From contig MU053799.1 of assembly GCA_013239625.1 (NCBI GenBank), forward strand, positions 115,367 to 135,366: a stretch of 20,000 nt of DNA, in the 5' to 3' direction. Shown here one piece after another: positions 10,666-20,000 of the stretch. Each line of letters begins with the position of its first letter. Within the stretch, counting starts at the first letter, position 1. The translations under genes were made by a program, and so were the position numbers. Under the pieces are notes generated by a model. It was not told the DNA's origin and made no database searches. It saw only the letters and a list, made by a program, of their open reading frames with translations. The stretch is from Lama guanicoe (Eukaryota).

Positions 10666-11027
10666 TGAGTTATTATGATGCCAGGTGAGGTGGTGCAGGA
10701 AAACTCACCAAAGGTCTGGCATCTATTGGCAGCTCCAAAGCAGTCATTCTGCTGAACTAGATACACATGTAGGATGGGATCCATCCTGGGAGCATCCGGG
10801 GCACTGTAGGTTCTGCTTTGGGGACCCTAAGAGGTCCAAGTCCCCTGGGCAAGGTCCAGTGCAAGGGGCATGACTGATGTTTCCTTGAAGACCTTTCTCT
10901 TGGGGAGAATAACTCTCACTCTGAAACCCCCACCTGGCACTTCCAACCTCATGGAATTACCAAAGAGAGGTCCCTGGGCTCAGGGCTGAGACAAGAGCAG
11001 AGCCACAGGACAGGGAGTAGGGAATAG

Positions 11028-11084
11028 ATTTGAATTCAATGCTCCTCTCTATTCGAGCTGTGGTTGGGAGAGGAGAGGATAAAA
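11028..11084 (+). promoter_or_regulatory. V3 promoter: variant octamer ATTTGAAT (11028-11035) and GATAAAA (11078-11084)
   Basis: 7/8 octamer match about 110 bp upstream of ATG 11146. Confidence 0.6.
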
Positions 11085-11145
11085 CAGGGACTCGGAGAGG
11101 TTGTTCAGCTGGGCATCCTCAAGGCAGAGCTCACAAAGTCCCATC

Positions 11146-11631
11146 ATGGCCTGGGCACCCTCCTACCTCCTGCCTCTCCATTTCTCCACAGTCAGAGTGG
11201 CCCAGGGCCCTCGGGGGCCTCCCAACCCCTCCCTCCAAGCCGGGTCCTGAGGGTCACCTGTCCAGTCCCAGCACAGTCAGCCTCATCCCTGCTTCTCTGT
11301 TCACAGGCCTCTGTGCTGCCCCTGTGCTGACCCAGCCCCCGTCTGCCTCTTCCTCCCTGGGAACGGGGGTCAAGCTCCGCTGCACCCTGAGCAGCGAGCA
11401 CAGCACACATTACATTCAGTGGTTTCAGCAGAGATCAGGGCAGACTCCTTAGTGTCTGATGAAGGTGACCAGTGATGGAACAGTTACCAAGGGGGATGGG
11501 CTTCCCAGTTGCTTCTCAGGCTCCAGCTCCGGGGCTGACCGCTACCTGACCGTCTCCAACATCCAGTCCGAGGACGAGGCTGACTATTACTGTGGAGTCA
11601 ACTATAAAACTGATGACCAAATCGGGTAATC
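11146..11631 (+). pseudogene. IGLV4: Ig lambda V segment V3, IGLV4-like (human IGLV4-3 / mouse V-lambda-x type) pseudogene. Leader 11146 to about 11190, V exon 11307-11631
   Basis: Leader MAWAPSYLLPLHFST. V exon reads [105 protein letters not shown]. Internal TAG at 11450-11452, and the leader donor is one G short. Confidence 0.93.
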
Positions 11632-11669
11632 CACAGTGACACAGACAATGGGGAAATGAGACCAAAACC
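11632..11669 (+). other. RSS of V3 (22-bp spacer)
   Basis: CACAGTG (11632-11638), 22 bp, ACCAAAACC (11661-11669). Confidence 0.85.
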
Positions 11670-12475
11670 TCCTTCCAGGTCCCCAAGGGGACCAGGGTGA
11701 GCTGCTCCATGTCCCACATTCACAGGGCCCTGAAACTTGGGCCTCCTCCTTGCAAACCCATCACCCTCACCCTCTCCACAAGACACACCTTGGTAGAGGC
11801 AGGCACAGATTAAACTTTAGGTGATTTTGTCAACACAACATTCTGTTTCCTACTCCCCAAGCCTGTGGGAATGATGCTGGTAGAGACTAGACAGGCCTAG
11901 GGGCACATGACCTTGGGTGGGGGGGGCTGGGCTGAGATGACCCGAATCACAAGAGCCATCAGGCACTATGCTCCAACTGTAGGATCTCTCAGGGAAGGAA
12001 CAAGGATCTAGAGAATGAATGTCTGACCATCGTGTGTCTCAACTCCGGTGCCCATGGAGAAGGGAGGGAGTCCTGTCATGACTGGAGGCTCAGCAGGAAG
12101 CATGTGGCCTCAGGGCAGGGAGGACAGGAGCCTGGACCCTGAGGTGGGAACAGAGCTGTGTCCTACAGCGAGTCAGGGCATGTTGGGGGACCTGTGCAGG
12201 ACAGACCTGGACCAGGCTGGGCTTCTCCATCTGGACAGATTCTCAGCTTGAGATGCCAAGAATGGCTCCATGTCTGCCCACGGGACATTCCGAGGACTGG
12301 TCAGGACCACGTGCCCCGGGACATCACTGGGGAGGGAAACAAAGGATGCTGATGTGGAGAATATGGTCACCCCACCCCAAGTCTCAGCCTGTGGGTGACG
12401 CAATCAAAAGCACTTGCAAGGGAGATGTGTGGATGTGAGTTTCCTACACAACATTCCTGGAGTTTGAAAAACAAG

Positions 12476-13438
12476 CACATTTCATGCACCCAGACCACTG
12501 AGTCCATGGGGAGTATCTGTGTTGACCAATAACTCTGATCCTGCGCCCTGACATGACCAGGATCGGGTGGGATTTCAGAGCTGGATCCTGAACCTCAGCA
12601 GGGCCCCCAGTGTTGGAGGGCTGACAGGGAGAGTCTAGGGGCTGCCAATGTCATGGGTGAGGCCAAGGGGGGAGGAGGGGAGGGGTGGTGAGTCTCCCTG
12701 GGAAGGATGGTCAGGGAGGGGATGGTAGCAGGTCTACAGAGGATCATGGGGCTCAGTCCAGCAGGGACCTCTGTCACCTGAGACTGGCTGCCCTCTAAGG
12801 AGACACAGGTCCATCAGGTAACAAACCCACTGCCATGCGAGTCCCAGCACCTTCACACCCCTGGGTTCTGTGCTGCTAACAACTGTAAGACAGTCTGAAG
12901 GAGTCTCTGAAAGACAGAGGGACAGACTGCAGGGAGTGAGGACACGGATGTAAAAGAGGGTCCAATGAAGACTATTCCCTCTGTGCTTAGATGCAGAGCA
13001 GCCAGGGAGGGGGCTGCCAGCACAGAGCCTTGGCCAGAGAGGGACGGCCAGGGTGGGCTGGCTGGGAGAGCCTTGGAGACCATGGTCCATCTCTGCCCAC
13101 ACCTGCTCCCTCCCTCCCTCGCTGTTCTGGGGAGAGTGTCCACTGCTTTCTCTGGACTTGCTGTTCACAATCTCTAAGCGAGACTTTGCTCTTGGGAATC
13201 ATCTTCCAATGTTTCTTTTTTCTTTTTTAAGTTATAATTTACATACACTAAAAATCACAATTTTTAGACACTTTTTGAGTATTTATGAATGCATATAGAG
13301 ATGTAAGCATCCCACCACCACAACAGACAGCAGCTCAATCATTCCCAAAACTTCCCCAGGTGCCTATGGATACGGCCTTTCTTCGAGCACTTCCTCTGGG
13401 ACCACTGGTCTCTTGTCTGTCCCCATACTTGGGTCCTG
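12476..13438 (+). repeat. Diverged segmental duplication block, copy 1
   Basis: Colinear with 16703-17787. Shared anchors include ctggatc(c/t)tgaacctcagcagggcccccagtg, gacggccagggtgggctggc and tacatacactaaaaatcacaa. Confidence 0.9.
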
Positions 13439-14035
13439 GTCAGAGCGTCAGAGAAATGCAGTCACCATGGCTGCCCTTTGATTCTAGCTTCTTTCACCCA
13501 GTGTAATGCATGAGATCCGTCTGTGTAGTTTTAGGTGCTAATCGTTCACTGCAGGCCCCTTACTGAGTAGATTCCACTGCATGGATGCATCACACTTTGT
13601 TATCCTCCACCGGGTGTAAAATTAGGGTTGGGTCGAGAGTCCACAATTTGACAATTTCACATAAAGCCTTTATAACACTTGTAATAGGAACTTTGTGGGT
13701 GTAAGTTTTTATTTCACTCAGGCAAGCACCTGGGAATGGAACTAATGACTCCTACGGCAGGTACAGGTGCGCTTGTCTAAGACTCTGGCAAACTATTATC
13801 CAGTGTGGGCGCCCGACGCTGTTTTTTGTGGTCCTCAGCCACTGAGGAGAGTTCCCCTTGCTGCCAACCCTCTGAGCTCTGGGCAGGTTCTTACCAAAGT
13901 CATTCTCACACACATCACGTGGCATCACATATTTTTAATTTTCTTCAGTGACTTACACTGGTGAACATAATTTAAGGGCTTATTTGTAAACTTCATATCT
14001 TGTTGGTTAAGTGTTTGATCAAACCATTGCCCAAA
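13222..14035 (-). mobile_element. Old LINE-1 3' end (L1M-type), antisense
   Basis: T-rich tail followed by ataatttacatacactaaaaatcaca...ttctagcttctttcacccagtgtaatgc...gagtagattccactgcatggatg, typical of reverse-complement L1M 3'UTR. Confidence 0.7.
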
Positions 14036-14059
14036 GTTCAAGCTCAGAGTTCCCCAGTA

Positions 14060-14917
14060 TTACATGTACTAATTTGTGTGTGTGTGTGTGTGTGTGTGTG
14101 GTCCTGTGTGATATTATCATGTATGTAGGTTCAAATCTAGCAGCGAGGTCAAGAAATAACTCAGTTCCACTACCTCAAGGACCCTTGAGTTTTACCTTAA
14201 TAACAATACCGAATTCCGTTCTCCCGTGACCCCTCCCTGCCCCTAAATCCGCAAACACTGCCTAGTTCTTCATTTCTAATTTTGTTCAGAAGTTCTATGC
14301 AGAAATAAGAACTAGACTCAGAGAATGAAGGCTTTTGGAATTGGCATCTTTCACTCCGCATAACCCCCTGCAGATTTCTCAAAACTGCCGTGTGCTCTAG
14401 GAGTCCCCTCCTTCTCAGGGCTGAGTCCTGTTCCAATATTCAGGTACAGCGTCTGGGACCCAGCCTTCCTCTGCAGGACATCGGGTCAGTCTAAGCTTTG
14501 GCGGCAGTTGCTGGATCATAGGGACCCAACTGCAATTTACGATTTGAAGACGCTTCCATTGTTCCCGAGCGACTGGTCCACTTCACATCCCACCAGCGTC
14601 GCAGAAGGGACCCGACCCGGNNNNNNNNNNNNNNNNNNNNNNNNNNNNNNNNNNNNNNNNNNNNNNNNNNNNNNNNNNNNNNNNNNNNNNNNNNNNNNNN
14701 NNNNNNNNNNNNNNNNNNNNNNNNNNNNNNNNNNNNNNNNNNNNNNNNNNNNNNNNNNNNNNNNNNNNNNNNNNNNNNNNNNNNNNNNNNNCATTACTCT
14801 CAACTGATACCAGTCTTTCCATGGGCTGTTTCCCATCTCTGCATCCTCTTCCATGAAATACTTGCTCTTAATTTTGCTCATTCTTTAAACAGACTCTGTC
14901 AGTTAATTCTTTTCTTA
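14060..14917 (-). mobile_element. Second old LINE-1 3' fragment (L1MC-like), antisense, interrupted by gap 14621-14791
   Basis: ttttggaattggcatctttcactccgcataa; cacttcacatcccaccagc; tctttccatgggctgtttcccatctctgcatcctcttc. Confidence 0.6.
14075..14100. repeat. (TG)13 microsatellite
   Basis: Directly visible. Confidence 0.95.
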
Positions 14918-15736
14918 NNNNNNNNNNNNNNNNNNNNNNNNNNNNNNNNNNNNNNNNNNNNNNNNNNNNNNNNNNNNNNNNNNNNNNNNNNNNNNNNNNN
15001 NNNNNNNNNNNNNNNNNNNNNNNNNNNNNNNNNNNNNNNNNNNNNNNNNNNNNNNNNNNNNNNNNNNNNNNNNNNNNNNNNNNNNNNNNNNNNNNNNNNN
15101 NNNNNNNNNNNNNNNNNNNNNNNNNNNNNNNNNNNNNNNNNNNNNNNNNNNNNNNNNNNNNNNNNNNNNNNNNNNNNNNNNNNNNNNNNNNNNNNNNNNN
15201 NNNNNNNNNNNNNNNNNNNNNNNNNNNNNNNNNNNNNNNNNNNNNNNNNNNNNNNNNNNNNNNNNNNNNNNNNNNNNNNNNNNNNNNNNNNNNNNNNNNN
15301 NNNNNNNNNNNNNNNNNNNNNNNNNNNNNNNNNNNNNNNNNNNNNNNNNNNNNNNNNNNNNNNNNNNNNNNNNNNNNNNNNNNNNNNNNNNNNNNNNNNN
15401 NNNNNNNNNNNNNNNNNNNNNNNNNNNNNNNNNNNNNCAGCGTGGTGACTGTTGTCCCCTCAGCACCTGCTCTGAGCTGCCCACCACTGAGTGATGCCCA
15501 CAGCACTAGACAGGATGACTGTGTCACCCAGGCCCAGAGGGCAAGCCCAGGCTCAGACTGAGGTGTGCCTCTCTGTGCTGGGGGCAGGGGGCAGCACTTC
15601 CTCACTCAGCACCAGAGACACTTCTGGGACCTGGGCCCGGGGCTGGGAGTGGGGCCTCTCGTGAAATCCTCCATTGAGCACAAATGCTCTCTGCTCAGCA
15701 GGGAGATGAACACCAGGGCACAGGGCCAGGAAGTAG

Positions 15737-15768
15737 ATTTGCATAAGGATGTCCCTTCTGAGGATAAG
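15737..15768 (+). promoter_or_regulatory. V4 promoter: perfect octamer ATTTGCAT (15737-15744) and GATAAG (15763-15768)
   Basis: Canonical octamer about 90 bp upstream of ATG 15831. Confidence 0.87.
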
Positions 15769-15830
15769 AGAGGCCTTGAGACCCCACCCCCAGCTGTGGG
15801 CTCAGAGGCAGAGTTCAGGGTGCCTCCACC

Positions 15831-16320
15831 ATGGCCTGGAACCCCCTCCTGCTCCCGCTCCTTTCTCTCTGCACAGGTGCTGCCCCCAGGGCTCAGCCCC
15901 CAGGGTACCCAAGGATCAGCTGGGCCCTCAACATCAGCTCAGCAATGGGATGCTGAAGGGTGCATGGTCCTAAGGAATGAGACCCTGGTCCTCACCCTCA
16001 CTCTCCTCTCCTCTCCTGCAGGTTATGTGGCCTCTTCTGCACTGACTCAGCCCTCTGCAGTGTCCGTGTCCTTGGGACAGACGGCCAGGATCACCTGCCA
16101 AGGAGGCAGCTTAGGAAGCTATTATGGTAGCTGGTACCGGCAGAAGCCAGGCCAGGCCCCTGTGCTGGTCATCTATGGAAATAATAATAGGCCCTCAGGG
16201 ATCCCTGAGCGCTTCTCTGGCTCCAGCTCTGGGGACACAGCCACCCTGACCATCAGCGGGGCCCAGGCTGAGGACGAGGCTGACTATTACTGTCAGTCAG
16301 GAAGCAGTAGTGATAATGCT
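15831..16320 (+). CDS. IGLV3: Ig lambda V segment V4, IGLV3-like (IGLV3-19-like), apparently functional. Leader exon 15831-15876, intron 15877-16021, V exon 16022-16320
   Basis: ccaccATGG and leader [15 protein letters not shown](G) with intact GT/AG. Open frame [47 protein letters not shown]...[17 protein letters not shown], followed by an RSS. Confidence 0.96.
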
Positions 16321-16359
16321 CACAGTGACACAGGCAGATGGGGAAGTGGGACACAAACC
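16321..16359 (+). other. 23-RSS of V4
   Basis: CACAGTG, 23-bp spacer, ACACAAACC (16351-16359). Confidence 0.95.
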
Positions 16360-16702
16360 CCTCCATCTGTGTCAGCCTCTCCTCCATCCCCAGGAGGCCT
16401 GTGGACAAGCAGTGGCAGGTCTGGCCTGGTACGCCAGGTCTGAGTCTTCCAGGCTGCCCTCAACTTGCCCCCAGGCAGCTCTGCACACGGTGGATCACGG
16501 GTGAAACATGGCCTGGCTGGACCAGTGTGTCCTGGGGTTGGCTGAACAGGATATGAATAGGGGACAGAGGTTCTGAATGGAAGAACAGACAGAGAGACAC
16601 ATCTTACCAGAGTAATTACCTCAGCATTTCCTTAAGTGGTCACTGGAATATCCAGCATTCGACCTCAGAATCTGTCCGCTCATCTGAGCCATTCAACAGC
16701 CA

Positions 16703-17787
16703 GCACCTTTCATGCACACCTGGACCTCTGAGTCCACACTGATTAGCTCGGTTTAACAATAACCCTTATCCTTTGCCCTGACTTGACTGGGATCGGATTT
16801 GATTTCAGGGCTGGATCTTGAACCTCAGCAGGGCCCCCAGTGATGGGGGCTGACAGGGAGAGTCCAGGAGCTGCCTGTGTTCTGGATGGGTCCACGGGGG
16901 CATGAGGGGAAGGGTCACTGGTCTCCCGGGGAAGGTTGGACAGGGGACGGGAGCAGGAGTAGAGAGGATCCTAGGGTTCAGTCCAGACTCTGTCACCCGA
17001 GTCTGACTGGACTCTCAGGGGACACAGGACCAGCCCATCCCATCCCCCCAACTTCAGGAAAGGGTTGTTCTCTCCAAGGGTTTGCAGTGACTTTGTCCCA
17101 AACATGCCCCTGCAGGTCCCTCTCATAGGGCAGGTCCTGCCCCCTTACTCTGGAGGGAAGAAGCCAGGAAAACTGCACGGAATAAACCCACCACCATGAT
17201 GGTCCCTCCACCTACACACCCCCAGGACATGTGATGTTCAGACTGGAAGAAAGTCTGCAGAAGTGTCTGATGGACAGACAAAGGGACAGAGTGCAGGGAA
17301 TGGGACACACGGAGAAGGGGGAACAGTGAAGACTGTTCCATCTGTGCTTATTTAGTGACCAGCCAGGGAGGGGGCTGCCTGCACAGAGCCTTGGCCACAG
17401 AGGACGGCCAGGGTGGGCTGGCGAGGACAGCCTAGAAGCCAGGGTCCCTCTCTGCCCACACGGGCTCCCTCCCTCCTTGTTCTGGGGAGGTGTCCTCTGC
17501 TTTCTCAAGACTTGTTCACAATCTCTAAGTGAGACTTGGCTCCTTGGAAACTTCTTCCACTTTTTCTTCTTTACTAAGTTTTAAATTACATACACTAAAA
17601 ATCACAACATTTAGAAACACTTTGTGAGTATTTATAAATGCATGTAGAGATGTAAGCGTCCCACCACAGCAGCAGTCAGCAGCTCAGTCATTCCCATAGC
17701 TGCCCCAGGCGCCTTTGGGGGTGACCCTCCCTCCAGCTCCACCTCTGGGACTGCTGGTCTGATGTCTGTCCCTCCATTTGGGTCTTC
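16703..17787 (+). repeat. Diverged segmental duplication block, copy 2, including the same antisense L1 tip (about 17570-17787)
   Basis: Colinear with 12476-13438. Ends at a short (TG)n. Confidence 0.9.
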
Positions 17788-18245
17788 AGTGTGTGTGTGT
17801 GTGAGGGTTATCACCCTGACATAAAATCTTCTTCCTTCCTTCTTCCTTCTTCCTCCACTGTTACCTTTAAGGTTGAAGTAAAATTATGGCTGCATGTCTC
17901 TCAGACCTGGTTCTGGTAGAATTTGCCTATATCTCTTGCCTGTGTCCCGGGACCTCATTCTCTCCAGCACCCCTTTCCTGCCACGTCACTGTCATCCTGA
18001 AACCTTTCTCAAGCACATAGGACTGTCCCTGGCCTGGAGCAGACTTGGGACACCAGGGTAGATCATCTAGGACCTGCCCCAGGAGCTCTCAGCAGAGGCA
18101 GAACAGGGCAGATTCTTCATGCCTCCAAAAAGGCCAGGTGCGCTTGGCAAGGCAGGATTCTGACTCAGACTCTGATGCTCATGTGTGACCAAGGTCTGAC
18201 ATGGAGCAGGGCAGAAGGGGGACAGTTTTCTCATTAGTTCACGGA

Positions 18246-18345
18246 TTCCATCCACCCGCCAAGCCCGTGGGTCACTGAGGGTGGGACTGATGGAAGGGGC
18301 CTCTGGGGGCCCAGTGAATCCCTGGGGCCCAATGTAGGTCAGCTG
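18246..18345 (+). pseudogene. IGLV relic: fragment homologous to the V1 leader intron
   Basis: tccatccacccgccaagcccgtgggtcactgagggtgggactgatggaaggggcctctgggggcccagtgaatccctggggcccaatgtaggtcagctg aligns with about 1772-1870. Confidence 0.7.
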
Positions 18346-19574
18346 TAGAGGCGAATATCTGGAATCACTGGGCTTACAGACAGCCCCTTTTTCTCCCCAA
18401 GACCTGGGGCTTTCCCAGGGGTAACCATAGCTTCTGGGCCTTGGGCAGTGTGTGTGAGGAGACGACCTGCCCAGCCCACAAGGTGTGAGGATCCTGGGCC
18501 TGAGGCTGGAGTGGGCCAAGCACTACAGTGAGGAGAAAAATGGACTGTGTCAGGGGCACCCCCGTACCCTCCATGATGTCTGCTACATCACCCACACCCT
18601 GTTACTATTCAGTACCGGGCCCATCTCCAAGGCCAGGGACCTGCGTGTGTTGTGAAGGCCAGGCCTCAGCTCGGGGCCTGGCAGCCTGGGGTTCTTCCAA
18701 AGCTGCTCCAAGAGTTTGGTCAGACCACAATTACCACCATCGATTTCAGGTCTTCCTCCCCCTCAACTCCATCAGTGTCCAGAGCTGTGGACAGTCTGGG
18801 ATTTCATCCTGCCTGCAGGATAACGGCCAGAGTGTTTTGCTCCACGGGGAGACACTGCCTTTACTTTCCAGTGTTCTTTACCACAGACATCCTTGAGAAG
18901 ATGGTCCAAACAGAGGCGACCTGTGCTTTTGCTTGTGAGACCCACAGACAGTGGTCCTCATCCCCGTGAGAGAAATAAAGTCCCGGCTGTTGGCCTGTGA
19001 CCGTGTCCCATGAAAGGGGCTGGACTGATTTCCACCAGGTGTAGCAGGAGAGTCAAAACTCGGGCCAGATGACTCTTAAAGAATCCTCCCAGGAAAGTCA
19101 CTTTGGGAAGGGAGGCCTGGGGGGCATCTTTCAGAATTGCTGAAATGGAAAACCAGGAGGGATGCACCACTGGACTCGAGTGGACGTATTAGAGCTCCTG
19201 GGGATGAAAAGCAACTGGAAAGCGAGAGGGCAGGTGCTGGCCGTGACAAGCAGGAATGTGCAGCCTGCAGCCCTGAGTCCTTCCTACCCCAGCAGCGTGA
19301 CAGCACCGGGACCAAGACAGAGGCCACAACCTCAAAGAATGCCCTGGAGGTGTGGGAGAGCCCAGCCTCTTGACAGTGTTGCATTGAGAATGTTCAGAAT
19401 CTGCTTGAACATCAGTGACCTCATCTTCTAACGGTAGAGAAAAATCAGCTCATCAGGCGGGCGGCTCCGCTGTCATCGCTGGATAACAGCACCCTCTCAT
19501 CACGGCATCACTGTGTCCCGTATTGCCTTCCTGGGCTTCAAAACGGACCCCAACTGAGAACATGTGATCATTCC

Positions 19575-19645
19575 TCGTGGCCTCCCTGTGGCAAAGGAAC
19601 CGCCCCCATTTTACTGATAAGGAAACTGAGGCCCAGAGGTGACCT
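19575..19645 (-). mobile_element. MIR core fragment
   Basis: ccccattttactgataaggaaactgaggcccagaggtgacc. Confidence 0.7.
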
Positions 19646-20000
19646 AGGTCTGGCTGCTTTCAACATCACTCCTTGAACAGAACAANNNNNNNNNNNNNNN
19701 NNNNNNNNNNNNNNNNNNNNNNNNNNNNNNNNNNNNNNNNNNNNNNNNNNNNNNNNNNNNNNNNNNNNNNNNNNNNNNNNNNNNNNNNNNNNNNNNNNNN
19801 NNNNNNNNNNNNNNNNNNNNNNNNNNNNNNNNNNNNNNNNNNNNNNNNNNNNNNNNNNNNNNNNNNNNNNNGGCCTGAGGGGCTGGGGGTGGGCTTTGGT
19901 GTGATAATTGAGCCCTGGATCCCCACCACAGTGGAACACTTAGCACATGCCACTCTGTGAGAGACCTCCAGGAGTAAGGGCTGTGGGCCCTGCCCTGGAG

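Noticed and set aside
14508..15605. ORFs spanning N runs (also 19568-19960)
   Set aside because: Assembly gaps (14621-14791, 14918-15437, 19686-19871), not coding evidence.
15565..16443. 292-aa ORF as a novel extended Ig-domain protein
   Set aside because: It is chance read-through of promoter, intron and RSS in the V-exon frame. The real leader is in another frame and is joined by splicing.
18528..19431. Cluster of short ORFs as a possible non-Ig gene or retrocopy
   Set aside because: No recognisable protein similarity, poly(A) tail or target-site duplication. A BLAST search would be needed.
1..20000. CRISPR array or other prokaryotic system
   Set aside because: The sequence is mammalian (spliced Ig genes, L1, MIR) and has no repeat-spacer array.

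Overview
Mammalian genomic DNA from an immunoglobulin lambda light-chain variable (IGLV) cluster, probably camelid (inferred from V frameworks [25 protein letters not shown] and [24 protein letters not shown]). There are four unrearranged V segments, all on the + strand, each with an octamer-type promoter, leader exon, intron, V exon and RSS. V1 (1549-2229) and V4 (15831-16320) are intact IGLV3-like genes. V2 (5663-6430) is an IGLV3-like gene split in FR2 by a 5'-truncated L1 insertion. V3 (11146-11631) is an IGLV4-3/V-lambda-x-like pseudogene. Bases 1-1148 are repeated almost perfectly at 2364-3511, implying a 2363-bp tandem V cassette. The rest is older segmental paralogy, decayed L1/MIR/MER33 repeats, microsatellites and five N gaps. 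I found no new biological system. The most interesting items are locus-evolution events, plus co-oriented CTCF-like motifs upstream of V genes. Repeat family names and species come from remembered consensus sequences, not from a database search.
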